Positions 16,691-26,071 are shown, counted from the stretch's first letter. The stretch is DNA of 32,000 nucleotides from an uncultured Alphaproteobacteria bacterium (GCA_963750195.1 CAVVPS010000016.1:968093-1000092), one strand, 5' to 3'. The notes: generated from the letters alone by a model not told the origin. Numbers and translations are program-made.

Positions 16691-17728
16691 ATGGAACTTT
16701 GCCGGAAAGCATCGCGCGCCATCGCCGGCGGGTTGGGAGCGCTGGCCTTATTCGCCGCATGGCCGGCTGCGGCCGCTGTGTGGACGCCGGACCATGTGGT
16801 CATCGTCATCGAAGAAAATCTCTCGTCGCGCAATCTCGTCCCGGAACTGACCTATCTGACCGGTCTGATGCGCGACAATGCGAACTTCACCAATTCGCAC
16901 GCCATCGACCACCCCTCGCAGCCCAATTACCTGGCGCTGTTCTCGGGCGATTCGCAAGGGACCGGGTCCGAGGCAAAACGCAATCCCGACGGCTCCAACC
17001 CGATCGTCGGCGGCCATACCCAGGTCGGCACCGACGACCCGCTGGCCGACACTCCTCTCGACACGCCCAATCTCGGGGCGGCGCTGATCCGCGCCGGCCA
17101 TAGCTTTGCCGGATATGCCGAGGATCTCCCTTACCCCGGCTTCACCGGCATCTCGCACACCGGCTCAGCCGGAAGCGGCATGGACTATCAGCGCAAGCAC
17201 AATCCATGGGTCAATTGGCAGGCGGCGAGCGACGCCGCCATCGGCCGCAACCAGCTGCCTTCCACGGTCAATCTACCGTTCACTACCTTTCCCACCGACG
17301 ATGCCGGCTTTGCTCGGTTGCCGAATTTGGCCATCGTCGTTCCCAATCAGATCAACGATGCGCACGGAACATCGGCCGCTCCGCCCGGGACCAATTACGG
17401 TCTCGCGATGGACGCCTGGCTGCGCGCCCACATCGAGCCCTACCGCCGCTGGGCGATGACGCACAACAGCCTGCTGATCATCACCTGGGATGAAGACGAA
17501 GACGATTATACCCCGGTCACCGACGCCACGGGCGCGCGCGTCGCCAAGCGCTACATCAATCTGATACCGACGGTGATGGCGGGGCAGGGGGTCGCACCGG
17601 GCCGCTACGAGGATCGGATCGACCATTTTTCCGTCCTGCGGACGATCGAGGATTTCTACGGGCTTGCGCCGCTCGCCCGCGGCGACGCGGAGGCTCAGCC
17701 GATCGTCAGCCCGTTCCGCAAGCCGTGA
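16691..17728 (+). CDS. secreted phosphoesterase-family protein (acid phosphatase / PLC-like)
   Basis: ATG at 16691 after GGGGAG. It has a signal peptide (MELCRKASRAIAGGLGALALFAAWPAAAA), followed by HVVIVIEEN.., ..VPNQINDAHGTS.. and ..LLIITWDEDED.., as in phosphoesterase-family enzymes. Confidence 0.65.
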   Translation: MELCRKASRAIAGGLGALALFAAWPAAAAVWTPDHVVIVIEENLSSRNLVPELTYLTGLMRDNANFTNSHAIDHPSQPNYLALFSGDSQGTGSEAKRNPDGSNPIVGGHTQVGTDDPLADTPLDTPNLGAALIRAGHSFAGYAEDLPYPGFTGISHTGSAGSGMDYQRKHNPWVNWQAASDAAIGRNQLPSTVNLPFTTFPTDDAGFARLPNLAIVVPNQINDAHGTSAAPPGTNYGLAMDAWLRAHIEPYRRWAMTHNSLLIITWDEDEDDYTPVTDATGARVAKRYINLIPTVMAGQGVAPGRYEDRIDHFSVLRTIEDFYGLAPLARGDAEAQPIVSPFRKP

Positions 17729-17776
17729 CCGCGGCCGGCAAGGGCGTGCCGCGCGGGCGGTTGCCGATCGTGCCGG

Positions 17777-19171
17777 TCAGGCGGCGATGGTCAACGCGAT
17801 CAGCTTGTTGGCGGCGCGCTCGGCGCGGTCGAGGTGGCGGCAGGTGTCGATCAGCTCCGCGAATTGCGCTTCGGGGATGGCGAGGCCGGGGGCGACCGGG
17901 CGGATGCGGCGGGCTTCTTCCTCGAAATCCCAGATAAATTCGCGGCCGGTGCCTTCTTTGGTGAAACTGCGGCCGTCCTTCAAGAACACGGTGATGCGCG
18001 GGCCGAACAGGGTGCGGCGCACCGTCGGGATCAGGGTTACACGGTGCATCAGCTCGAGCACGGCCGGCGGGTCGCTCTCGCCGGGGGCTGGCCGGTCGCC
18101 GCGCAACAGCGGATAGCCGCGCGCGACGGCGCCATAGGCGGTGAAATACTGCGTGCTGCCGATTTGTGGCGGGTTGTCGATGCCGCGGCTCGGAAAGGCC
18201 GGGCTCGGATATTCGGTCTCCAGCCAGTTGACCGAGGCCTCGATATGGTCGATGTCCTGGTAAGGAATGTCGTGCTCTTCGCACAGTTTCGCGGTCACGT
18301 CGATATGGGCGATATTGTAGCCGGCGGTCGAATAGATCCGGTACAAGGTTTCGAGAAAGATCCAGTCGCGGCCGAGGCCTTGGGTAATCTTGGCCATGTC
18401 GGTGCGGTTGTCGCCGGTAAAGCTGTAGCGCAGCTCGCCGCGATTGTTGCCGGCATAGGAATGGTAAAAACCGGCCTCACCCTCCAATGTGGTTTCGCCG
18501 CCCGGCGTCCCGTGCTTGGCCAACGCGACCGCCAGCAGCGCATTGCGCACCGCACCGCCCTCGCGCAATGAACGGCCGCCGCTGCGGGCGCCTTCGAGAT
18601 TGCCGGCAGCGAGATTGACGCATTGCGCGATGGCACCATTGATCTGGTTCTCGTCGAGACCGCCGAGCTTGGCAGCGGCAATCGCGGCGCCGAAGATGCC
18701 GAATACCGGACCGGCGTGAAAGCCGCGCGCCATTACCGTCGGAATGAACTCGGCGGCCATCCGCTCCATGACTTCGTAACCGGCAGCGACCGCGGTCAGA
18801 AATGCCTCGCCCGACGCGGCGGTCACCTCCGCCGCAACGAGAGCCACCGGCAGGATCGCCGTGCCGGGGTGGGTCAGCATGCGGAAAGTGTCCCACTTGC
18901 CACCGGCAAAGATCGTCTCGGTGTTGACAAACGCGGCGCCGGCCTTGGTGAGTTTTGCGCCGTTGCACAGCACGGTCGCTGCTCCACCGCCGCCTGCCTC
19001 CTCCGCCTGCATCAGCCCCAGCGCCTGTTTGCTGGCAGGCATATCGTGGGCGACCAGCGCCGAGGACAATGCCTCCAAGGTGACGCCCTTGGCCCGGTCG
19101 ATGACCGCGGGCGGCAGATCCCGGTATCTGAGGTTGGCGACGAACGCGGCGAACTCACGGCTCAGCGACAT
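17777..19171 (-). CDS. MmgE/PrpD family protein (2-methylcitrate dehydratase-like)
   Basis: 464 aa and intact. ..FVANLRYRDLPPAVIDRAKGVTLEALSSAL..HPGTAILPVALVAAE..GFHAGPVFGIFGAA.. is a typical PrpD-fold signature. Confidence 0.8.
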   Translation of the reverse strand: MSLSREFAAFVANLRYRDLPPAVIDRAKGVTLEALSSALVAHDMPASKQALGLMQAEEAGGGGAATVLCNGAKLTKAGAAFVNTETIFAGGKWDTFRMLTHPGTAILPVALVAAEVTAASGEAFLTAVAAGYEVMERMAAEFIPTVMARGFHAGPVFGIFGAAIAAAKLGGLDENQINGAIAQCVNLAAGNLEGARSGGRSLREGGAVRNALLAVALAKHGTPGGETTLEGEAGFYHSYAGNNRGELRYSFTGDNRTDMAKITQGLGRDWIFLETLYRIYSTAGYNIAHIDVTAKLCEEHDIPYQDIDHIEASVNWLETEYPSPAFPSRGIDNPPQIGSTQYFTAYGAVARGYPLLRGDRPAPGESDPPAVLELMHRVTLIPTVRRTLFGPRITVFLKDGRSFTKEGTGREFIWDFEEEARRIRPVAPGLAIPEAQFAELIDTCRHLDRAERAANKLIALTIAA

Positions 19172-19319
19172 GGCGGTTTCCTCTCACGGGAAATTGAACT
19201 CTATGGCTAAGGTTATACCGCTACTTCTGCGAGCCCGAGCGTCTGTGGATCCCTTGCCCATCGCGCCTGCAAATCCTGCGGTCTTGACCGGTCCCGATAC
19301 TGTGGCCAGCAAGCGAAAC

Positions 19320-20141
19320 ATGAACGACAGCGGCCGCGCCTCCGTGGCGCCAATACTGGCGGACAAGAATTTTGCGGCGGCATCGGTCTTCGAGCCGGCA
19401 AACCTGTTGCGCGAGGCGCGGCGCCAGAAGGGGCTGGCGGCCGCGGATGTCCCGGAAATCTGCATCCTCGACCCCGACGGCGACATTCTGCGCGGGCTGC
19501 GCCAAGCCGGGGAGGCGCGGCGTTCGCCAGGCTGGGCGTGCTACCACACCGATCTCTATGAGTTCGACTACGGCCCCGAGCGTTTCGGCATTATCGGCTG
19601 CGCGGTCGGCGCCCCGTTTGCGGTGCTGCTCGCGGAACAGCTCTTCGTCTCCGGCTGCCACCTTCTGATCAGCATGACCTCGGCCGGTCAGATCGTCGCC
19701 CGAGGGCCAACCCCCTATTTCGTGCTGATCGATCGCGCCCTTCGGGATGAAGGTACGAGCTACCATTACTTGCCGCCGGCAGAATTTGCCGAGGCCGACG
19801 GCGCGCTGGTCGGCAGCGCTTTCGGCGTCCTTTCGGACCTGGCCGAACCGGTCTACCGCGGTGCCTCGTGGACAACCGATGCGCCATTTCGCGAGACCTC
19901 CGGCGCGATCGAAAGGTGCTGTGCCCAAAATATCCTCGCTGTCGAGATGGAAGCGGCTGCGCTCTACGCTTTCGCCCGGGCGCGCGCGAAGCCCGTTCTG
20001 TGCTTTGCGCATGTGACGAACCGGATGGCCGTGGTCGCCGGCGATTTCGAGAAGGGCGAAGCCGACGGGGCCAAGGCTTCCTTGGCAGTGATCGCCGCTG
20101 CCGCGCGAGCCTGGCGCAGCACTTCCGGCCCTCCGCGATGA
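19320..20141 (+). CDS. PNP/UDP-family nucleoside phosphorylase/nucleosidase
   Basis: ..GCAVGAPFAVLLAEQL..LISMTSAGQI..NILAVEMEAAALYAFA.. includes the VEMEAAAL-type motif of the PNP_UDP_1 fold. The start was chosen at MNDSGRAS; an upstream ATG at 19203 is possible. The stop overlaps the next start (ATGA). Confidence 0.7.
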   Translation: MNDSGRASVAPILADKNFAAASVFEPANLLREARRQKGLAAADVPEICILDPDGDILRGLRQAGEARRSPGWACYHTDLYEFDYGPERFGIIGCAVGAPFAVLLAEQLFVSGCHLLISMTSAGQIVARGPTPYFVLIDRALRDEGTSYHYLPPAEFAEADGALVGSAFGVLSDLAEPVYRGASWTTDAPFRETSGAIERCCAQNILAVEMEAAALYAFARARAKPVLCFAHVTNRMAVVAGDFEKGEADGAKASLAVIAAAARAWRSTSGPPR

Positions 20142-20932
20142 GCGAAGGCCTGCCGCAGAACGATCTCGGCAAATTCTGCGCCGTGGCTATGATGGCAAAG
20201 GCGCCACGGATCGGCGATGCAAAGACGCGGCTAGCTCCGCCCTTATCGGAGACGGAGGCGGCGGCTTTGAGCAGTTGTTTCATCCGGGACACTGCCGACA
20301 ACATCATTGCCGCGGCGCAATCGGCCCCAATTTACGGCCATGTTGCGTATTCGCCCCCGGAGGCCGAGGCGATCTTTCATAACATGCTGCCGGAGCCGAT
20401 CCGACTGTTGCCGTCGCGACGGGTCAGCCTCCGCTACAGTCTCGTCGATGCTGTCGAAGATTTGCTCACCGCCGGTTACGGGTCAGTCTGTCTTGTCAAC
20501 TCGGACAGCCCGACCCGGCCGACCTCGGTTTTGATCGAGGCTGTTCGGACATTGCTGGCATCAGGAGACCGGCTCGTGCTCGGCCCGGCCGAGGATGGCG
20601 GCTACTATTGCATCGGCCTGAAAAGCCCGCATGCGCGTCTGTTCGAGGATATCGCCTGGAGCACCGAGCAAGTCTTGGCGCAAACCCTCGAATGCGCACA
20701 CGAAACTGGCCTCGACACTGCAATCCTGCCGATGTGGTACGACGTCGACGATTTGGCGTCGCTGCGCCGTCTGACTGAAGAGCTTCTCGGCGGTCCCATC
20801 CAAGAAAATAGGCGAACGCGGTTCGCGGCGCCGCATACCGCTCGATTTCTGCTGCATCTGCTCGCGAATGGCGGGGACCGGAGGATTGGTATTGGCTTGC
20901 CGATAGCCGGGATCGGCGGTCAGCGACTGTGA
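20138..20932 (+). CDS. DUF2064-type (TIGR04282-like, rSAM-associated) transferase
   Basis: ..AVAMMAKAPRIGDAKTRLAPPLSETEAAAL..VNSDSPT..GPAEDGGYYCIGLK.. is the MobA/CofC-like pattern characteristic of DUF2064. The stop overlaps the next GTG start (GTGA). Confidence 0.65.
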   Translation: MSEGLPQNDLGKFCAVAMMAKAPRIGDAKTRLAPPLSETEAAALSSCFIRDTADNIIAAAQSAPIYGHVAYSPPEAEAIFHNMLPEPIRLLPSRRVSLRYSLVDAVEDLLTAGYGSVCLVNSDSPTRPTSVLIEAVRTLLASGDRLVLGPAEDGGYYCIGLKSPHARLFEDIAWSTEQVLAQTLECAHETGLDTAILPMWYDVDDLASLRRLTEELLGGPIQENRRTRFAAPHTARFLLHLLANGGDRRIGIGLPIAGIGGQRL

Positions 20933-22242
20933 CGCGATGCCGCCTGTTCTCGTTGCTGGCTTGCGCAGCAGCACTTTTCGGCCTCACCGCGGTCGGCCTT
21001 TACCAGCAAAAGCGCGACGACATCGACGGCTTTGTCATGGTCGCTTTGGTACAAGCCGCCGTCTATCTGCTGTCGGTCGGGCTCGTCTGGAACCGGCGGA
21101 CGTCCTGCCGCGCGCTGGGAGTGATCCTTGCTATGGCCGCGCTGTTGCGCCTGCTGGTTCTTTGTGCGCCACCCTATCTTTCGAGCGACATCTATCGCTA
21201 TGTTTGGGATGGGCGGGTTGAGGGTGCCGGCATCAACCCTTATCGGTACGTCCCGGTAGACCCGCACCTCGACCGGTTGCGCAACTCGCAGATCTTCCCG
21301 CGCATCAACCGCAGCACTTACGCGCCGACGATCTATCCCCCGATGGCAGAGGGGATTTTCTTCGTCGTTACCCGGATCAGCCAGTCGCTGGTCGCGATGA
21401 AAGCGGCGATGATCGTCTTCGAGGCCATTGCCATCGCCGCTCTGTTGCGGTTGCTCAAGGCCGCCAGTCTGCCGTCTGGGCACATCCTCGTTTACGCTTG
21501 GCACCCGCTGCCGATCTGGGAATTTGCCGGTAGCGGCCATATCGACGCCGCCCTGATCGCCTTCGTCGTACTGGCCTTGTGGGTCCGGCGGCAGGGCCGG
21601 GCATGGTTCGCCGGGCTCGCGCTCGCCGGTGCTACCCTGGTAAAATTCTACCCGGCGGTACTGTTGCCGGCCGTGTATCGCCGTTGGGAGTGGCGGCTGC
21701 CGATTGCATTCCTAGTGGCAGCGATCCTCGGTTATCTGCCCTTTATCGGCGCAGGCTGGGGAGTCCTGGGCTTCTTGCCGGGGTATGCCAGAGAGGAAGG
21801 CTTTACGGCGAACGGTGCGGGGTTCTTTTTGTGGAACGTGTTGCAGACTTTCCCGCCATTTACCGGGCTGCCGACGCTTTTTTATATCGCCGCCGCCGCG
21901 ACAATTCTCGCGGCGCTCGCCGCCGCCATAGCCTTCGCCCACGATCCTCGCACCGACCAGCTCGCCGGCGCCGCGTTATTGGCGAGCACATTCATGTTTC
22001 TGCTGTCGCCCCACTATCCTTGGTATTTTGCTTGGCTGATTATCTTTGTCTGTTTCGCCCCCTATTTATCGCTCCTGTGGTTGACCAACGCGACCCTTTT
22101 GCTCTACCTCGTTCAAGTCGGGTCGCCCCTCACGAGGGAAGGTTACAGGCTGCCGATAGAAGCGGCGATTTACGTGCCGTTTACCGTCCTGGCGATGGTC
22201 GATATCTGGCGTCGTCGGCAAGCCACAGCCCGGAGTTGTTGA
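20929..22242 (+). CDS. GT-C fold membrane glycosyltransferase (DUF2029/GT87-like)
   Basis: 437 aa and polytopic. The first-loop motif SSDIYRYVWDGRVEGAGINPYRYVP plus YPPMA resembles polyprenyl-phosphate-sugar dependent mannosyltransferases. Confidence 0.65.
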   Translation: MTRCRLFSLLACAAALFGLTAVGLYQQKRDDIDGFVMVALVQAAVYLLSVGLVWNRRTSCRALGVILAMAALLRLLVLCAPPYLSSDIYRYVWDGRVEGAGINPYRYVPVDPHLDRLRNSQIFPRINRSTYAPTIYPPMAEGIFFVVTRISQSLVAMKAAMIVFEAIAIAALLRLLKAASLPSGHILVYAWHPLPIWEFAGSGHIDAALIAFVVLALWVRRQGRAWFAGLALAGATLVKFYPAVLLPAVYRRWEWRLPIAFLVAAILGYLPFIGAGWGVLGFLPGYAREEGFTANGAGFFLWNVLQTFPPFTGLPTLFYIAAAATILAALAAAIAFAHDPRTDQLAGAALLASTFMFLLSPHYPWYFAWLIIFVCFAPYLSLLWLTNATLLLYLVQVGSPLTREGYRLPIEAAIYVPFTVLAMVDIWRRRQATARSC

Positions 22243-22244
22243 GC

Positions 22245-23309
22245 ATGTCCAACACCCTTGGCATCCGAACCGCCACCGATCCCAGACGCTATTTCGACCA
22301 TGTCGCGGACGAGCGCGGCCCGCTCGCCGAAATCGAGCCGGTCTGCCTCTATCTCGAAACCACCAACCGCTGCAATTTGCTCTGCACGACCTGTCCGCGC
22401 ACCTTCGAAGCGCTGGAGCCGCCCGGCGACATGAGCTGGGATTTATTCACCAAAATCGTCGACCAGTTCCCGAAGATCGCCCGCGTCGTTCTGCACGGGG
22501 TCGGCGAACCGATGATGGTGCCTGCGCTGCCGCGCATGGTCCGCTATCTGAAGGATCGCGGTACCTATGTCTTGTTCAACACGAACGGCACCCTGCTGAC
22601 CCGGCGCAAGGGGCGCGAGCTGATCGAGGCCGGGCTCGACGAATTGCGACTGTCGCTCGATGCCGCCGAGCCCAAGGCGTTCGAACTGGTGCGCGGGCGC
22701 GATATGTTTGCTCGGATCGTGCGCAACATCCGCGCCTTCCGGGCATTGCAGCAGGAGACCGGCGCGGCTAAGCCGCGCGTGTCGCTGTGGCTGACCGGCC
22801 TTAAAGAGACGATCGATCAGCTGGATGATTTTGTTAGCTTGGCCCACGACCTCGGCATTCCGGAAGTTTACCTCCAGCGACTCGTGTACTTTGCCGAAGG
22901 GCAAGGATTGGCGCGTGCGCAATCGGCCCTGTTCGAGGGTGATGATGGCGAGGAGGCCCGGCTGGTTCGCCAGGCCGAAGCATTGGCGCGGCAGCTCGGG
23001 ATCAGTTTCCACGCCTCGGGCGCCACCGATCCTTCCTCCAGTCTGAAGCAGGCGGAAAACAGGCAACCTTGGTCCCTGTGCCGGCGGCCCTGGACATTGA
23101 TGTATTTCACCGCACATGGCCGCGCGATTCCTTGCTGCATCGCTCCGTTTTCGATGCGCGGCTATGACGGCTTCACGCTCGGTGACGCGACCCAGCAAAG
23201 TCTTCGCGAGATCTGGAACGGCGAGCACTACCAGGCATTCCGCAGCGCGTTGTTGAGCGACACGCCCTCGCCTGCCTGTGCCGGTTGCGGACTGCGCTGG
23301 AGCTTGTGA
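22245..23309 (+). CDS. radical SAM enzyme with a SPASM/twitch-type C-terminal domain
   Basis: CNLLCTTC (CxxxCxxC) near the N-terminus, then HGVGEPMM and FNTNGTLLT. The C-terminus has C-x12-G-x4-CC (CRRPWTLMYFTAHGRAIPCC) and CAGC. Confidence 0.8.
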   Translation: MSNTLGIRTATDPRRYFDHVADERGPLAEIEPVCLYLETTNRCNLLCTTCPRTFEALEPPGDMSWDLFTKIVDQFPKIARVVLHGVGEPMMVPALPRMVRYLKDRGTYVLFNTNGTLLTRRKGRELIEAGLDELRLSLDAAEPKAFELVRGRDMFARIVRNIRAFRALQQETGAAKPRVSLWLTGLKETIDQLDDFVSLAHDLGIPEVYLQRLVYFAEGQGLARAQSALFEGDDGEEARLVRQAEALARQLGISFHASGATDPSSSLKQAENRQPWSLCRRPWTLMYFTAHGRAIPCCIAPFSMRGYDGFTLGDATQQSLREIWNGEHYQAFRSALLSDTPSPACAGCGLRWSL

Positions 23310-23311
23310 CG

Positions 23312-24010
23312 ATGGCGCGGCCGCGTGTCGCGCTGATCATCCCGACCCTCAATGAAGAGGAGGCGATCGGCGGGGTTCTCGCTGCGGTCCCTCGCGATGT
23401 GGTCGATCAGGTCATCGTCGCCGACAGCGGCAGCACTGATCGCACGGTCGAGCGGGCCCGTGCTGGTGGGGCTCGGGTCGTCAGTGAAACCCGCCGCGGG
23501 TACGGCCGGGCGTGCCGCGCCGGCGCCGAGGCTGCGGGCGACTGCGACATCCTCGTGTTTCTCGACGGCGACGGCAGCGATCGGCCCGAATTGATCCCGG
23601 CCTTGCTCGCGCCGATGCTTGAGGGAGGGTATGATTTCGTCATCGGCTCGCGCACCCGCGGCCGCCGGGAGCGCGGCAGCATGAGCGCACACCAGATCAT
23701 CGCCGGGTATGCCGCCGGTTTTGCGCTCCGCCTGCTATACCGGGTGCATTACACCGATATGTGCCCGTTTCGCGCGATCCGTCGCGAAGCATTGGTGCGG
23801 CTCGGCATGCGCGAGATGACATATGGCTGGAACCTGGAAATGCAGATGCGGGCGGCTCGCGCCGGCCTGCGCATTCTCGAGAGCCCGGTCGACCACCGCC
23901 GGCGGGCCGGTGGCGTCTCAAAGGTTTCCGGCAGCCTGTCGGGAACAATTAAAGCGAGCCTTCGGATCGGCGCCACCCTGGCCCGGATTGCCTGCGAAGG
24001 ACGACGGTGA
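23312..24010 (+). CDS. soluble family-2 glycosyltransferase (polyprenyl-phosphate sugar synthase-like)
   Basis: VALIIPTLNEEEAIGGVL..VIVADSGSTDRT..GYGRA..VFLDGDGSD..DFVIGSR... No C-terminal TM segment. The start lies 2 nt after the rSAM stop. Confidence 0.75.
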   Translation: MARPRVALIIPTLNEEEAIGGVLAAVPRDVVDQVIVADSGSTDRTVERARAGGARVVSETRRGYGRACRAGAEAAGDCDILVFLDGDGSDRPELIPALLAPMLEGGYDFVIGSRTRGRRERGSMSAHQIIAGYAAGFALRLLYRVHYTDMCPFRAIRREALVRLGMREMTYGWNLEMQMRAARAGLRILESPVDHRRRAGGVSKVSGSLSGTIKASLRIGATLARIACEGRR

Positions 24011-24654
24011 TGAGACCCAACCCGATCTCCGATGTTTCCAAATTCCTGATCCAGCCAGGCTGGCCGACGCCCGTTTTTTGGCTGCTGATCATCGCCAGCA
24101 TTGCGATCGCGGTTTACGCCTGGCGCACGATCCCCGCGCAGCGCACCGGGAGGAATTTATTCGGCTGGGCCGCTCGTTTTTTCATCGGCGCGTTATGGTG
24201 GCAGCAGAGCCTATGGAAACTGCCGCCCTATTACACCGACCATCCGGGTAGCCCATTCGGTACGACCGGGCTCGCATATTGGATGGGATTGATGGGCAAG
24301 TATGCCGCGATCCCTCTGCAGTCCGATTTCGTGAACAATATCGTGCTGCCCCACTTTTATTTGTTCGCGCCGATAGTCTATGCCGCCGAAATCCTGACCG
24401 GAGTATCCTTGATCCTCGGACTGTTCGTCCGGTTGTGGGGCGTGATCGGGGCATTGCAGATCCTCAACCTGTGGCTTGGCCTGTACTGGGCCCCTGGCGA
24501 ATGGCCGTGGACCTATTTCTTTTTGTTCGTGCTGCAGTTGATTTTTGCCGTGCACCGCTATGGCCGCGCTCTCGGCCTCGACGCGATCATCGTCAGCCGC
24601 ATCGGATCACCGCGATCGGCCGCTGTGCCACGCCTGCTCACGCTGGTGACGTAG
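24007..24654 (+). CDS. DoxX/DoxD-like integral membrane protein
   Basis: 215 aa with about 4-5 hydrophobic segments (..RFFIGALWWQQSLWKLPP.., ..AEILTGVSLILGLFVRLWGVIGAL..). The start overlaps the GT2 stop (GTGATGA). Confidence 0.5.
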   Translation: MMRPNPISDVSKFLIQPGWPTPVFWLLIIASIAIAVYAWRTIPAQRTGRNLFGWAARFFIGALWWQQSLWKLPPYYTDHPGSPFGTTGLAYWMGLMGKYAAIPLQSDFVNNIVLPHFYLFAPIVYAAEILTGVSLILGLFVRLWGVIGALQILNLWLGLYWAPGEWPWTYFFLFVLQLIFAVHRYGRALGLDAIIVSRIGSPRSAAVPRLLTLVT

Positions 24655-24732
24655 GGCGCGCGGATGGTCCCGGCCCCGCTCGGCGGGATGCTCCCTGGCC
24701 CGCGTGCGGGGAGAGGGTGGCAGGAGGGGCCT

Positions 24733-25141
24733 TTACCTGGGCAAATTTAAAATGGCGATAATTTCTTCTACCGACATCTGCCGACGTTCGCGGATGCGAC
24801 GAGCGATAATTAGGTACGTCGCCTGGAGCATCGATTGGGCCGCCGGGAGCCACGCAGAAATGAAGGCATCTTCGTTTCTTGCATTTCCATGGGCGAAGGC
24901 CGACATCTGTCCATAGAGAAGAGCGTAACCCTTCCTAGCCCCGCCTCCTTTGCGATCTTCTCGACCCTGGGTGGTCGCCTAGCGGTGGCGAACAGAGATG
25001 AAGCCAGGATCTCATCTGTTTTATTTTCCCCCGTTACCTTATGACGTATTGTTCCGAGGCCCGTGGCTAGAAACCCTTTCACTACTCGCAGGAACTCAGC
25101 TTCAAATGCGTCCCTCATCAGTGCGGCATTGACGTCACTGA
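24733..25141 (-). pseudogene. distal part of an IS-disrupted low-GC helical protein (possibly DUF5677-like); also one frameshift near 24939-24942
   Basis: ..DVNAALMRDAFEAEFLRVVKGFLATGLGT..VEKIAKEAG, then +1 frame ARKGYALLYGQMSAFAHGNARNEDAFISAWLPAAQSMLQATYLIIARRIRERRQMSVEEIIAILNLPR*. Confidence 0.55.
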
Positions 25142-26071
25142 GTGTCTGACTACGAATCGGAATGGTTGTGTCCGGAGTATGCCACTCTCCTCATGAGGAG
25201 CTGAACCGAGGCGATGATCAGCCAGGCTTTAGCGCTGGCGATCGATGCTTCGAAGTCTTTGGCCAGGCGCCGGTTACGATTGAGCCAGGCAAGGGTCCGT
25301 TCGACTACCCAGCGGCGGGGGAGGGGTTCGAAGCCGACGGCGTGGGCCGAGCGCTTGACGATTTCGACAGTCCACTGACCGAAATTCCTCAAGGCGTCGA
25401 GCAGCTTTTGCCCGGCATAGGCGCCATCGGCAAACAGATGGCGCAGCCACGGAAAGAGGTCGTGGATCGCTTCGATCACCAGCACCGCGCCGTCGCGATC
25501 TTGCACATCAGCGGGATGGACATCGGCCCCGATCAGCAGGCCGGTGGTATCGGTGACGATGTGGCGTTTACGCCCTTTGACCTTCTTGCCGGCATCATAA
25601 CCGCGCGGCCCGCCGCTCTCGGTGGTCTTGACCGACTGGCTGTCGATCACTCCGGCGGTCGGGCTCGCCTCCCGGCCCGCCGCCTCGCGCGCTCGCAGCA
25701 GAAGCTCGAAGTTGATGCGCTCCAAGATGCCGTCGTCCCGCCACGCGTAGAAGTATCGCTGAACCGTCGAATAGTGTGGAAACTCGCGCGGCAGCATCCG
25801 CCATTGGCACCCGGTTCTGGCGATGTAGAACAATGCATTGACGACCGCGATCAATTCGGTTTTCCGGGGGCGTCCCAACAGTTTGGGGGCCGGCAGCTGG
25901 GGCTCGATCACGTTCCACTCGGCCTCGGTGACATCGCTTGCGTAACGTAGCCCCTTGCGCAGATACTGCGGGCGAGTGATTTCGGTCCACATGTTGTGCC
26001 TCGATGCTTGCTTGTCACAACCATCTAACCATAACTTACTGGAATCACTCAACTCATTTCAGGTCAGACAC
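25142..26071 (-). mobile_element. IS5-family, IS1031-group-like insertion sequence (930 bp)
   Basis: Perfect 9-bp terminal inverted repeats GTGTCTGAC, flanked by a direct TGA (TNA-type, 3 bp) at 25139-25141 and 26072-26074. It carries a single DDE transposase ORF. Confidence 0.85.
25150..25992 (-). CDS. IS5-family DDE transposase
   Basis: MWTEITRPQYLRKGLRYASDVTEAEWNVIEPQLP..TGCQWRMLPREFPHYSTVQRYFYAWRDDGI..VIDSQSVKTTE..DTTGLL..FADGAYAG..RRWVVERTLAWLNRNRRLAKDFE. The stop lies inside the terminal repeat. Confidence 0.9.
   Translation of the reverse strand: MWTEITRPQYLRKGLRYASDVTEAEWNVIEPQLPAPKLLGRPRKTELIAVVNALFYIARTGCQWRMLPREFPHYSTVQRYFYAWRDDGILERINFELLLRAREAAGREASPTAGVIDSQSVKTTESGGPRGYDAGKKVKGRKRHIVTDTTGLLIGADVHPADVQDRDGAVLVIEAIHDLFPWLRHLFADGAYAGQKLLDALRNFGQWTVEIVKRSAHAVGFEPLPRRWVVERTLAWLNRNRRLAKDFEASIASAKAWLIIASVQLLMRRVAYSGHNHSDS

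Noticed and set aside
25162-25950. 262-aa plus-strand ORF inside the IS5-family element
   Set aside because: It is antisense to the clearly recognisable DDE transposase and has no motif.
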